Source: Mustelus asterias (Eukaryota). From it: DNA of 64,000 nucleotides. The stretch lies in assembly GCF_964213995.1 (NCBI RefSeq), contig NW_027590122.1, positions 1,798,001 to 1,862,000 of the forward strand, in the 5' to 3' direction. The translations under genes were made by a program, and so were the position numbers. The notes under the pieces were generated by a model. The model saw nothing but the letters and a program-made list of their open reading frames with translations, ran no database searches and was not told where the DNA came from. How positions within the stretch are numbered: position 1 is the first letter of the stretch; the number at the start of each line of letters is the position of its first letter. Shown piece by piece: positions 34,788-45,885 of this stretch.

Positions 34788-37700
34788 ATACAATGTTTGT
34801 TCAAATAATAAGAGTCACGTTGCAGTATGTTAGTGAACACAGCATTGGATCCAATGTAATGGTAATACAGTCAGTATCTCGTGCACCATAACCAAAGTTT
34901 AGGTTTCATTTGATAGTGTGAGTGAGTCATGGTCCATTGATATAATGTGTTTAGATTCCAGTGTGTGTTACTCTGCCACTGTCATTATCAGACAATAACC
35001 TGTCTGTTATTCCAATTCTGCTGTATTTTACAACTGCAGCTCCTGGGGCTGATTGGAGTCTGGTATAATAATCACAAAGGTCGGTTTCAGTGTCTCTGAG
35101 GTCATTTTAACTGCAGATAATCTGACATTAAGGGAGACAAGAGGCCCAACAAAAATTTGATTATAATAGGAGGACAAAGTGTAAGGGAACAATGATATTT
35201 TAGGGTGTCTGTGTTATGGTGAGTGTCACTGGGAGGTGAGTGATAAAATACAAGTGGAAACATCATGACAGAGACACATGTGACTGACTCGGCCTGACTG
35301 AGAGCTGTTATACTCAAGGGGAGAATAATGAGGACATGGGGAACTCCAGGGATTCCTGATATCTGAGGGGAATCTGTTAGAGGAACTGAAAATAATCAGT
35401 TCCTTCTCATGGTTATCTCCAGTTCGCAAGTTACAGAGACACACAGGAAAGAGATCTGACAGCTCATCAAACCCAATGTTTAAATCTTCTGTTTGAGACA
35501 CATTATGACCGAAAAGATCAAATATTAAAACCTTCGGAGAGAAACATTCAGAATGTCACAAAGATGAGTGAACTGTCCAATTAATCCCATTCACCATAAC
35601 TCTGCCAATTTACCTTCTGCAAGTATTTATCCAATTCCCTTTGAAAGTTACTACTAAACCTGCTTCGAGCACCTGTCAGTTTGTGCATTCCAGATCATAT
35701 CAAGTTATTGTGTAAAACATTCTCCTTATCACCCCCTCCAGTTCTGTTGTCAATTAAGTTAAATCTCTGTGTCCTCTGCTTACAGACCCTCCTGCACCGG
35801 GGAAATAGATTCTCTCCATCGACAAACCCTCGTGCTCCTGGGAGATAATTTCTCTCCATTGACACTATCATAAATCATTTGTCATTTTAAACACCTCTCC
35901 CCATTACATTCCCTGATCTAAGGTGGATAACCCATGTTTTTCCTGCCCTGAAGAATTATATGGACTCAAAATGTTAACTGTTTCTCTCTGAACAGATGCC
36001 GCCGGATCTGCTGGGTTTTTCTGCTTCTCTCCCTGTTTTTCCTTCGAAAATCAATCAGAAACTCTTCATGATTTTGAACAGCTCGATTAAATAGGAACAC
36101 ACAAAGCCTGAGAGAGATACAGCGGAAGGGAGAGACAGAAAGACAGAGAAAAATTGAGAAAGATTTAAAAAGCAGAAAGATGAGGTGGTCAAAGATAAAA
36201 GCTGAGAATCAGAGGAAACAAGCAATACAGAGAGAATGATATAGAATATAAGGGAGCAGGCTATCAGTTCCCAGCTATGGGGAGCAGAGGGAACTCAGTA
36301 ACTGATCCACAGACACAGCTGGTTATATCTGCGAATGGAAACTCTGAACAGAAATAACTGGCTCATTTGTAAATGTCACCACAATGTGACCTTTGTGACT
36401 CTGCCCTGACTCTGTGTACAAATAAAGGTCACATTGACAGATGTTCTCACCAGATTGTGGTTCCTGGATTCATTTTCTGCTCAGAAGTGAGATGTGAGGT
36501 TTGGAACCGGCAGCAGAGAAACAGGAAGTTGTGATACCTGAGAATGAAACAGCCGGCGTCAGTTTGATGTTATCACCGTGAACAGTCTTCCTGTCTGTGA
36601 GGGTGAACTCACCCTGACAGCATCAAGAACAACCACACAGATTGCTGCCAGTCTCAGCATTATATTCATCTCCATTCCCATTTTAAACAATAAAGGAGAT
36701 TATTTGGACTTTTAACACATTCACTGAATTGGGAGATGGACTGAGGGTCATCACTGGGAGAAATGAGGAGGAATTAGAGAACAAATGAGTTTTCCCAAAG
36801 AGGGTTATTAGAAAAGAGGAGATTTAAAGTGAGTCAGGGCCTGTCAGAGGAAGTGGGAGAGAGAAACAGAGAGGATTGAATCTCCATCAATTAGATGTTT
36901 TCTCAGACAGCGAAGAGAGATGAAGTGTGTTTGTGCTTTTTGAGAGAGAGGTAATGAGAGAGAGAAAACAATGAATAAGTTTAAGCAGATCTGAAATAGG
37001 AAGGTTAAATGAGTGAGTGTTTGAAAGAAAGATAGAGAGACATTAAGTGATGAAGACAGTTTCTGAGAGGAGAGAGGTGAAGTGAATGTGAGAGAGGAGC
37101 GAGGTTAGAGTGTAAGAGAGGTGGAAGGTAAGGTAAGTGTGAGTGAATGCCTGGAGAGAAAGAGAGATGTTCAGTGAGTGTGAGAGAGGTGAGAGATGTT
37201 GAGCGATTGAGTTTCTGAGAGAGAGGAGATGCTAAGTGAGTGAATGTCTGAAAGAGAGGAGAGCAGGTTCACACCCAGGGGTCACTGAGAATGATCAAAA
37301 TAAGATCACCCAAAAAACTACCAACAGGAAACTTCAGCTGAACACATCACTCATTCTTAAATGGTCAGTCAGGGCTCTGTTGCTGCTCAGCTTCTCGCTG
37401 TTCTGTTTCTAATGGTTAAAGGCTGATAGGAGTGAGGTTTATTTAGAAGGATAGTGGATGGGAAGCACACAACAAAACTGAGAATTTTTGGATACACACT
37501 GCAGCTCCTTCTCTGTCTGGGAATCAAATTGTTGTCTAATTGTCCCAGCAGTTAACAGGCTCCTTTGAACGTCTCCAGCTGCTACTTTGATGCAGACTTC
37601 AACCAATTTATTTTAAGCCAGTTTCTGTTCAATAAACCAGGACTGACACACACACACATTAAAATGTTTTAGACTTTTTTGCATTTTTAGTCTGGAAACC

Positions 37701-38173
37701 TAAACCTGCCGTTTCACTCTCAGTCAGGAATAGATCCCAGTTTTACACCAATCTTTGACAGCACGTTTCCAGCATTCACCATTGTTCTTCCTAACTCTAA
37801 ACACAGTTGTAAAAGAGCTTCTGTTCCGTGTCTCGGAGCTCGGAACCATGGAAAAGAACGACTGGGACACATTTTTTTACACACCTCAGGATTCACCCAC
37901 ACGGGGACTTTGCTGTCAGTGAAAAGTGACGAAAAAGACCAAAGTGCTGTTTGTCCCTCTCAGCGTGACCCTGAAGGACTGGGTCAAGAATGAAGTTCTG
38001 TTCCTACTGTATGATCCTCCCTCAGATTGCCCTTTCTGAGCTCCAGCCTGGTGACGTTAAACACTCAAATGGAAAAGACAAAAATCTACAACAATGATTC
38101 AATCAAATGTCTATTTCACATTTATTCAGAATATCAAACCTCAACAGAAGAAAAAAGTCAGAGTGAAGATGAT

Positions 38174-39406
38174 TCAGACCTGGATATGATTAACAGCATC
38201 GATAAGTGTAGAATCCAAACCTTGCAGTCCCTTGTGAACTCGCCGGTGTGTTAGCAGGTGGGATGACTGAACAAATCCCTTTCCACAGACATTACAGGTG
38301 AACGGCCTCTCCCCAGTGTGAACTCGCTGGTGTGTTAGCAGGTGGGATGACTGAACAAATCCCTTTCCACAGACATTACAGGTGAACGGCCTCTCCCCAG
38401 TGTGAACTCGCTGGTGTTTCAGAAGATAAGAGAAATGAGAAAATCCCTTCCCACAGACCGAGCAGGTAAATGGCCTCTCCCCACTGTGAACTCTCTGATG
38501 TGTCAGCAGGTTGGATGACTGACTGAATCCCTTCCCACACATGGAGCAGGTGAACGGCCTCTCCCCAGTGTGAACTCGCTGGTGATTCAATAGGTTGGAT
38601 GAACGAGTGAATCCCTTCCCACATACAGAGCAAGTGAATGGCCTCTCCTCACTGTGAACCTGCTGCTGTGTCAGAAGGTTGTATGAACGGGTGAATCCCT
38701 TCCCACATTCAGAGCAGGTGAACGGTCGATCCCCTGTGTGGAGTTGCTGGTGTATCAGAAGGTTGGATGAATTAATGAATCCCTTCCCACAGTCTGAGCA
38801 GGTGAAGGGCCTCTCCCCAGTGTGAATTCTCTGGTGGTTCAATAGGGCAGATGGATGGCTGAATCCCTTCCCACACACACAGCAGGTGAATGGCCTCTCC
38901 CCAGTGTGAGTATATTGGTGCGTCAGCAGATCTTTTTTATTTTTAAAGCTCTTCTCACAGTGGGAACAATTAAAAAGTTTGTTATCAGAGTGAACAAGTT
39001 GATGTGTCTGCAAGTGGGATGACTGAATGAATCCTTTCCCACACACACAGCAGGTGAACGGTCTCTCCCCAGTGTGAATACGTTGGTGCGTCAGCAGATC
39101 TTTTTTGCATTTAAAACTCTTCCCACAGTCAGAACATGGAGACAGTCTCTCATCAGTGTGAACAAGTTGGTGTGTCACAATGTGGGATGAGCGAGTGAAT
39201 CCCTTCGCACACACAGGGCAGGTGAACGGCCTCTCCCCAGTGTGAACCCGTTGGTGAGTCAGAAGGTTGTATGAATGGGTGAATCCCTTCCCACAGACAG
39301 AGCAGGTGAACGGTCTCTCCCCAGTGTGACTGCGCCGATGAACTTCCAGTTGTGATGGGAAACTGAATCCCTTCCCACAATCCACACATTTCCACGGTTT
39401 CTCCAT
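38174..39406 (-). CDS. C2H2 zinc-finger protein, 14 fingers (one degenerate)
   Basis: ORF 410 aa MEKPWKC...; finger 9 has H->Q; the last two fingers are near-identical. Confidence 0.92.
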   Translation of the reverse strand: MEKPWKCVDCGKGFSFPSQLEVHRRSHTGERPFTCSVCGKGFTHSYNLLTHQRVHTGERPFTCPVCAKGFTRSSHIVTHQLVHTDERLSPCSDCGKSFKCKKDLLTHQRIHTGERPFTCCVCGKGFIQSSHLQTHQLVHSDNKLFNCSHCEKSFKNKKDLLTHQYTHTGERPFTCCVCGKGFSHPSALLNHQRIHTGERPFTCSDCGKGFINSSNLLIHQQLHTGDRPFTCSECGKGFTRSYNLLTQQQVHSEERPFTCSVCGKGFTRSSNLLNHQRVHTGERPFTCSMCGKGFSQSSNLLTHQRVHSGERPFTCSVCGKGFSHFSYLLKHQRVHTGERPFTCNVCGKGFVQSSHLLTHQRVHTGERPFTCNVCGKGFVQSSHLLTHRRVHKGLQGLDSTLIDAVNHIQV

Positions 39407-40329
39407 GGTGCTGGTGCCCTTGTGTTTCTCCAGGTTGGATGATCAGTTCAAGCCTCATCCACACACACAACATACACGTAGTTTCACCCTGCTGTGAACT
39501 GTGATTTTTTTTCAGGCTGTGTAACTGGTTAAAGCTCTTTCCACAGTCGGTTCACTGGAACACTCTCACTCGGGTGTGTGTTTGTCCTGCTGCTTTTCTG
39601 GTCACACTGATGTTGAATTTCTTTGCCCACAGGCAGAACAGACAAATATTGCTCCTTCCATATTCAAAGACCGATCATATTCAGCTCCGAAGGAACTGAA
39701 TGACTTTGTCAGATGTGATGTTCGGTTTGAGTTTTCTGTCTGCCATTCCTTCACTTTGAATATCCTGTAAAAACAGTTTAGAAAAGTCATCACTGTCAGA
39801 ACAGGATAGAAACTCTGAACAATTCTAGTCTTTCTGGAACATTATTTCCTTTCTTGTTCCCCAAATCTGTAAATCTCCGTCCCACACACTCTCCCTCCTC
39901 CCTGCGCTGAAATCCAAACCCATCTCACCATTTCTTTCCTCCACTCCCAGTTTTCTCCCTCCCTCTCCTCTGTCTGGGTTCAGTTCTCCAGCTCCTGTCT
40001 GCAGACTGACAATAAAACCAATGGGTCTTATTGGGGGTGTTGGGGCCTCCAGCGGGTGTTTGTGAATCCTCCCCGCCCACCTCCCAGGGTTTCCTTCTTT
40101 CCCAGAGATCAGAGTCCTCATTGATTTGAGGCCAAAGTGTAACCTCTTATTTATTGTCCCCCTCCCCCATCCTCTGATGTGAACCATCCTCCAGTGGCTG
40201 AGCCAGGATGGGGCCGTTAACCTGGGCCTGTTCCCGGGAGGGAGGGAGGGAGAAGCCCCGCAGCTGCAAACCAGGGAGCTGACAATGATTCTGAAGGGTT
40301 TGCGGATCCACAAAGTGTTTCCAAATCCT

Positions 40330-40820
40330 CCCAGCCACCGCCTAACGCTGACTCCGCTTCTCCGGGACAAACAAGCGCCAAGGACAGCAATGACACTGCG
40401 CATGCTCCACATCACAATGCCCGGGGACTGATTGACGGCAGCTCCGGACCAATAGGAAGAGGGGGCGGGACTGGAGGACCGAGCGGGAGCGGCTGGTCCT
40501 CCAACCAATCGGAGTGAATGAGAGGCGGGGCCTGAAGCATGCGCAGTGCGGGTAATGGCGACGGATGGACGGTTTTAGTTTGGAAGCGAGATCAATACGA
40601 GGTAGAGGGCGGCGTGCGGGGAATGATAAATGTGGCGGGTGGGTGGAGAGACTTTGTAAACATGTTGTTCAAACCCAAACCCCGGAAATGAACTTCCCGG
40701 TTCCCCCCCTTTGTACCAAATGGAGCGGCAGCTTGTAGTGTTAGACCCGGGCTGACTGCCGCCATTGAGGCTGCATGTGGGAGGCCGGCAGGGATTGTGA
40801 TCGGAGAGTGAAGCCCTGAC
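40330..40820. promoter_or_regulatory. CpG-rich ZNF promoter
   Basis: ACTGCGCATGC, two CCAAT boxes, GC boxes, CCGGAAAT and GCCGCCATT. Confidence 0.65.
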
Positions 40821-40980
40821 GTCACAATGGAATGGGTGAGAGTGTGAGGTCACAATGGAATGGGTGGGAGTGTGAGGTCACAATGGAATGGGTGAGAGTG
40901 TGATGTCACAATGGAATGGGTGAGAGTGTGACGTCACAATGGAATGGGTGAGAGTGTGATGTCACAATGGAATGGGTGAG
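40821..40980. repeat. 28-bp minisatellite (~6 copies) carrying TGA(C/T/G)GTCA
   Basis: Unit GTCACAATGGAATGGGTGAGAGTGTGAN. Confidence 0.9.
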
Positions 40981-41029
40981 GGTTCCAGATGAGCTGACAC
41001 TGGGCTGGAGTCGGGCGATGGCACTGACA

Positions 41030-41340
41030 TGTGGCCCGGTGGCACAGTGGTTAGCGCAGCTGCCTAACAGCGCCAGGGATCCGGGTTCAATTCCAGCCTC
41101 GGGTCGCTGTCTGTGCAGAGTTTCTACATTCTCCCTGTGTCTGGGTGGGTTTCCTCCGGGTGTTCCGGTTTCCTTCCACAGTCTAAAGATGTGCAGGTTA
41201 GACAGATTGGCCATGATAAATTAACCCTTGGCATCAGGGGGATTAACAGGTAAATATGTGGATAGGGCCTGGATGGGATTGTTGTCGGTGCAGGCTCGAT
41301 GGGCTGAATGGCCTCCTCCTACAATGTATTTTATGATTCA
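41030..41340 (+). mobile_element. V-SINE (HE1-like)
   Basis: GGCACAGTGGTTAGC...GGTTCAATTCC head, core and CR1-like tail. Confidence 0.9.
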
Positions 41341-41464
41341 TTACTGTTAATTAATTAATTACTTTGAATGAAGGTGGTCTTGATGATGATGTGGACGTGG
41401 TTGGAAGCTCATATTGGGATGAACTATTTCACCCTGGTTGTGAACAGCCTGGTTCAGCCTCAGA

Positions 41465-41835
41465 CAGTAAGTAATCTCACAACACCAGGTTAAAATCCAA
41501 CAGGTTAATTTGCTGGCATAAGCCACAGGATTTTGGAGCGCTGCTCTTCATCAGGTGAGTGGGAGTTCTATTCACAAACAGGGCACAGAGACACAAACTC
41601 AATTTACAAAATAATGGTTGGAATGTGAGTCTTTACAGGTAATCAAGTCTTAAAGGTACAGACAATGTGAGTGGAGAGAGGGTGAAGCACAGGTTAAAGA
41701 GATGTGTATTGTCTCCAGCCAGGACAGTTAGTGAGATTTTGCAAGCCCAGGCAATTTGTGGGGGTTACAGATAGTGTGAGTTACAGATAGTGTGACATGA
41801 ACCCAAGATCCTGGTTGAGGCCGTCCTCATGTGTG
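41465..41835 (-). mobile_element. Penelope-like element 3' end
   Basis: rc encodes THEDGLNQDLGFMSHY (GIY-YIG C-terminal motif), followed by a UTR with a degenerate hammerhead motif (~41520-41556). Confidence 0.75.
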
Positions 41836-42728
41836 ATTGACAGATCCGTGCTCACTGCTTCTTGCCCTGGATGCAGAGAGCTGAAAATTTCCATGCAGGC
41901 TGCCAGACAAATAAATGTCTACATTACTGGAGTAAAAATGTGTGGAATATACAGACCGAATTCACTTCATTCCCTTCAGTTGCTGCAAGTCCCCAATTTC
42001 CCCAGAATGAGAAAAGAAATGGAAAGGGGGAAACATTGATTTCCTCCCAGATGTTGTCCAGAGGAGGAAGTTTCAATCTGAAGCTCATTGGACAACTTCC
42101 GCATTGTGACGTCACAATGGAGCCTGCCTGAATCAGCGAATAGGAATCAAGAGCTGATGTTTCTTGTCCAGATGACCCTTTGTCAAAGCTCTGAAACATC
42201 AGTTCTTTTCTCTCCATACAGATGCTGCCAGACCTGCTGAGAATGGGGAGAGAGTGTGTGGGATGGAGATTTACAGCTTTTGGGGAATGAGAGAGGAAAG
42301 AATGTTCCATAGAAATTGTCTGTTCTGAATTTCTATCCTGTACTGACACTGATGACTTTTGTAAACTCGTTTTACAGGATATTGAAAGAGGAATCACAGG
42401 CCGAAATCTCGAACGTCATGTCTAGACGTGACAGAGTCATATTCCTTGGGACCTCAATATCATCGGACTTTGAATCCAGAAGGAGAAATGATTGTCCAGT
42501 CTGTCGATTTGAAAAGATTTGAAATGTCAGTGTGAGTGAAAAAGCATCAACACTCTGCCACACTTGAATGAGAGTGTTCCAATGCACTGACTAAAGAGCT
42601 TTAACCAGTTACACAGTCAGAATAAATATCACACCATTCACAGCGGGGAGAGACTGTAATCTTGTTCTGAGTGTGGGCGAAGTTTCAACTAATTGTCCAG
42701 TCAAGAGAGAGGTAAGGACACCTGCACC

Positions 42729-43907
42729 ATGGAGAAACCATGGAAATGTGGGGACTGTGGGAAGGGATACAGAGCCCCATCTAAGCTGGAAGCTCATCGA
42801 CGCAGCCACACTGGGGAGAGACCATTCACCTGCTCTCAATGTGGGAAGGGATTCACTCGATTATCCCTCCTGCAGAGACACCAGCGAGTTCACACTGGAG
42901 AGAGGCCATTTTCCTGCTCTCAATGTGAGAAGGGATTCAGTCAGTTATCCGACCTGCAGAGACACCAGCGAGTTCACACTGGGGAGAGGCCGTTCACCTG
43001 CTCTCAGTGTGGGAAGGGATTCACTCAATTATCCACCCTGCGGACACATGAACGAGTTCACACTGGGGAGAGGCCATTCACCTGCTCTCAGTGTGGGAAA
43101 GGATTCATTCTGTTATCCAGCCTGCGGATACACCAGCGAGTTCACACTGGGGAGAAACCATTCACCTGCTCTCAGTGTGGGAAGGGATTCATTCAGTTAT
43201 CCAGCTTGCAGAAACACCAGCAAGTTCACACAGGAGAGAGGCCGTTCACCTGCTCTCAGTGTGGGAAGGGATTCATTCTGTTATCCCTCCTGCAGAGACA
43301 CCAACGAGTTCACACTGGGGAGAGGCCATTCAACTGTTCTCAGTGTGGGAAGGGATTCACGAACTCATCCATCCTGCGGACACACGAACGAGTTCACACT
43401 GGGGAGAGACCGTTCACCTGCTCTCAGTGTGGGAAGAGATTCACTCAGTCAGCCGACCTGCAGAGACACCAGCTACGTCACACAAGGGAGAGGCCGTTCA
43501 CCTGCTCTCAGTGTGGGAAGGGATTCATTCTGTTATCCAGCCTGCGAATACACCAGCGAGTTCACACTGGGGAGAAACCATTCATCTGCTCTCAGTGTGG
43601 GAAGGGATTCACTAACTCATCTGATCTGCGGACACACCAGCGAGTTCACACAGGGGAGAGGCCGTTCACCTGCTCTCAGTGTGGGAAGGGATTCACTCAG
43701 TCATCCCACCTGCAGAGACACCAGCGAGTTCACACTGGGGAGAGACCATTCAACTGTTCTCAGTGTGGGAAGGGATTCACTCAGTCATCCAACTTGCAGA
43801 CACACCAGCGAGTTCACACTGGGGAGAGGCCATTCACCTGCTCTCAGTGTGGGAAGGGATTCAGAGTTTCATCCCACCTGCTGAGACACCAGCGAGTTCA
43901 CGAGTGA
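42729..43907 (+). CDS. C2H2 zinc-finger protein, 14 highly homogenised fingers
   Basis: ORF 42693..43907; likely start MEKPWKC (CACCATGG); 84-bp repeat array. Confidence 0.92.
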   Translation: MEKPWKCGDCGKGYRAPSKLEAHRRSHTGERPFTCSQCGKGFTRLSLLQRHQRVHTGERPFSCSQCEKGFSQLSDLQRHQRVHTGERPFTCSQCGKGFTQLSTLRTHERVHTGERPFTCSQCGKGFILLSSLRIHQRVHTGEKPFTCSQCGKGFIQLSSLQKHQQVHTGERPFTCSQCGKGFILLSLLQRHQRVHTGERPFNCSQCGKGFTNSSILRTHERVHTGERPFTCSQCGKRFTQSADLQRHQLRHTRERPFTCSQCGKGFILLSSLRIHQRVHTGEKPFICSQCGKGFTNSSDLRTHQRVHTGERPFTCSQCGKGFTQSSHLQRHQRVHTGERPFNCSQCGKGFTQSSNLQTHQRVHTGERPFTCSQCGKGFRVSSHLLRHQRVHE

Positions 43908-43959
43908 TTCCAGAGGTTGGATTCTCCTGTTATTGTTTCTGCTCTCAATTACATCCAGG

Positions 43960-44840
43960 TAGACAGTGAGGAAGGGTGTCGTAGTTTGCAGGAAGACTTA
44001 GACAGGTTGCAAAGTTGGGCCGAGAGGTGGCGGATGGAGTTTAATGCGGAGAAGTGTGAGGTAATTCACTTTGGTAGGAATAACAGATGTGTTGAGTATA
44101 GGGCTAACGGGAGGACTTTGAATAGTGTGGAGGAGCAGAGGGATCTAGGTGTATGTGTGCATAGATCCCTGAAAGTTGGGAATCAAGTAGATAAGGTTGT
44201 TAAGAAGGCATATGGTGTCTTGGCGTTTATTGGTAGGGGGATTGAATTTAGGAGTCGTAGCGTTATGTTGCAACTGTACACAACTCTGGTGCGGCCGCAC
44301 TTGGAGTACTGTGTGCAGTTCTGGTCCCCACATTACAGGAAGGATGTGGAGGCTTTGGAGAGGGTGCAGAGGAGGTTTACCAGGATGTTGCCTGGTATGG
44401 AGGGGAGATCCTATGAGGAGAGGCTGAGGGATTTGGGATTGTTTTCGCTGGAAAGGCGGCGGCTAAGAGGGGATCTTATTGAAACATATAAGATGATTAG
44501 AGGTTTAGATAGGGTGGATAGTGATAGCCTTTTTCCTCTGATGGAGAAATCCAGCACGAGGGGGCATGGCTTTAAATTGAGGGGGGGTAGTTATAGAACC
44601 GATGTCAGGGGTAGGTTCTTTACCCAGAGGGTGGTGAGGGATTGGAATGCCCTGCCAGCATCAGTAGTAAATGCGCCTAGTTTGGGGGCGTTTAAGAGAT
44701 CCGTAGATAGGTTCATGGACGAAAAGAAATTGGTTTAGGTTGGAGGGTCACAGTTTTTTTTTTTTTTTAACTGGTCGGTGCAACATCGTGGGCCGAAGGG
44801 CCTGTTCTGCGCTGTAATGTTCTATGTTCTATGTTCTATG
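43960..44840 (+). mobile_element. Young 5'-truncated CR1 LINE in the ZNF 3' UTR
   Basis: Open RT C-terminus (ORF 43917..44738) and (TTCTATG)n tail. The empty site CATCCAGG|ACTGCA is seen at ~53010 and in the rc at ~15080. Confidence 0.92.
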
Positions 44841-45014
44841 ACTGCATTTTGTTCATTCTCACAGGTGGTCAATGGGGAGGGTCGGAGGGTTTCTTTCTGC
44901 TGGACTGGCCGGTCTCATGACTTTGCCTCCAGTGGGCTGATGCTCTTTGAGTCTTGTTGCGAATACCTGGTTTTTAGATTTCACACGGATCACAGAGTGA
45001 CAGGGTGTTAGGAA

Positions 45015-45290
45015 GTTATAGAGGTTGACAACATGGAAACAGGCCCTTCAGCCCAACTTGTCCATTCCGCTCAGTTTTTACCACTAACCTAGTCCCAATT
45101 GCCCGTATTTTGCCCATATCCCTCCATACCCATCTTACCCGTGTAACTGTCTAAATGCTTTTGAAAAGACAGTATTGTACCCACCTCTACCACTGCCTCT
45201 GGCAACTCATTCCAGACACTCACCACGACCTGAGTGAAAAACTGCCCCTCTGGACCCTTTTGTATCTCTCTCCTCTCACCTTAAACCTCA
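45015..45290 (-). mobile_element. CR1 3' fragment
   Basis: Near-identical in layout to the 3' end of the CR1 at 45886-46165. Confidence 0.8.
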
Positions 45291-45885
45291 AACTAAGAAC
45301 AAGAAATGTATCGATAAAATGATTAGAGAATAGAGCCAACGTTTTGAGTCTGGATGATACTTCATGAGAGCTGTTATGAAGGGTCATCCAGTATTGAAAC
45401 TTTGGCTCCATTCTTCACAGGTGCTGTCAGACCCGCTGAGATTTTCCAGCATTTTGTGTTTTTGTTTCAGATTCCAGTATCTGCAGTATTTTACTCTTCT
45501 GATGAAATGATTAGTTCTGATTGGAATCCCCATGACCCTCCTTCAAAACAGAGGGAGTGGTGGCAGAAGGAGAAAAATGATAAGGATGATAAAGTCTGGG
45601 TTCTGATTCTCCGAGCCCATGAAGAATTAACAAAATGAGTGAACCAGTTTATAAAGAACAGAAGTTACCCATCCCTAACAAAAACTGATCAAATTAAAAT
45701 AATTAGGTTGAGGAAGAGAACAAAAGAATTCATAGATAAAGTTTAAAATCAACTTTGTTTTGTTGTTAGAGAAGTTTTTAAAAATTATGTAAAGTGATGT
45801 AACTGTGTGCCAAGTTTCTTCTCTCACTCCCCACCCCTTTAGGTTCTGTAGAAAAGTTAACCCTTTCAGCAGACAGTTGATTTAG

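Noticed and set aside
34800-37500. Possible non-ZNF gene exons or an interferon-type promoter
   Set aside because: No recognisable ORF; the motifs are short and the region is largely GA-rich or old repeat sequence.
40821-40980. CRISPR-like look of the 28-bp repeats and the 84-bp finger repeats
   Set aside because: No unique spacers, no cas genes, and a vertebrate context.
42102-42119. CATTGTG-ACGT-CACAATG resembling a RAG signal joint
   Set aside because: No nonamers seen at 12/23 spacing; recurs in promoters and is better explained as an extended CRE palindrome.
42673-43884. 403-aa ORF overlapping the ZNF in another frame (similar ORFs at 15178-15894)
   Set aside because: Shadow frames of repetitive finger codons often stay open; no ATG-supported start and no independent domain.
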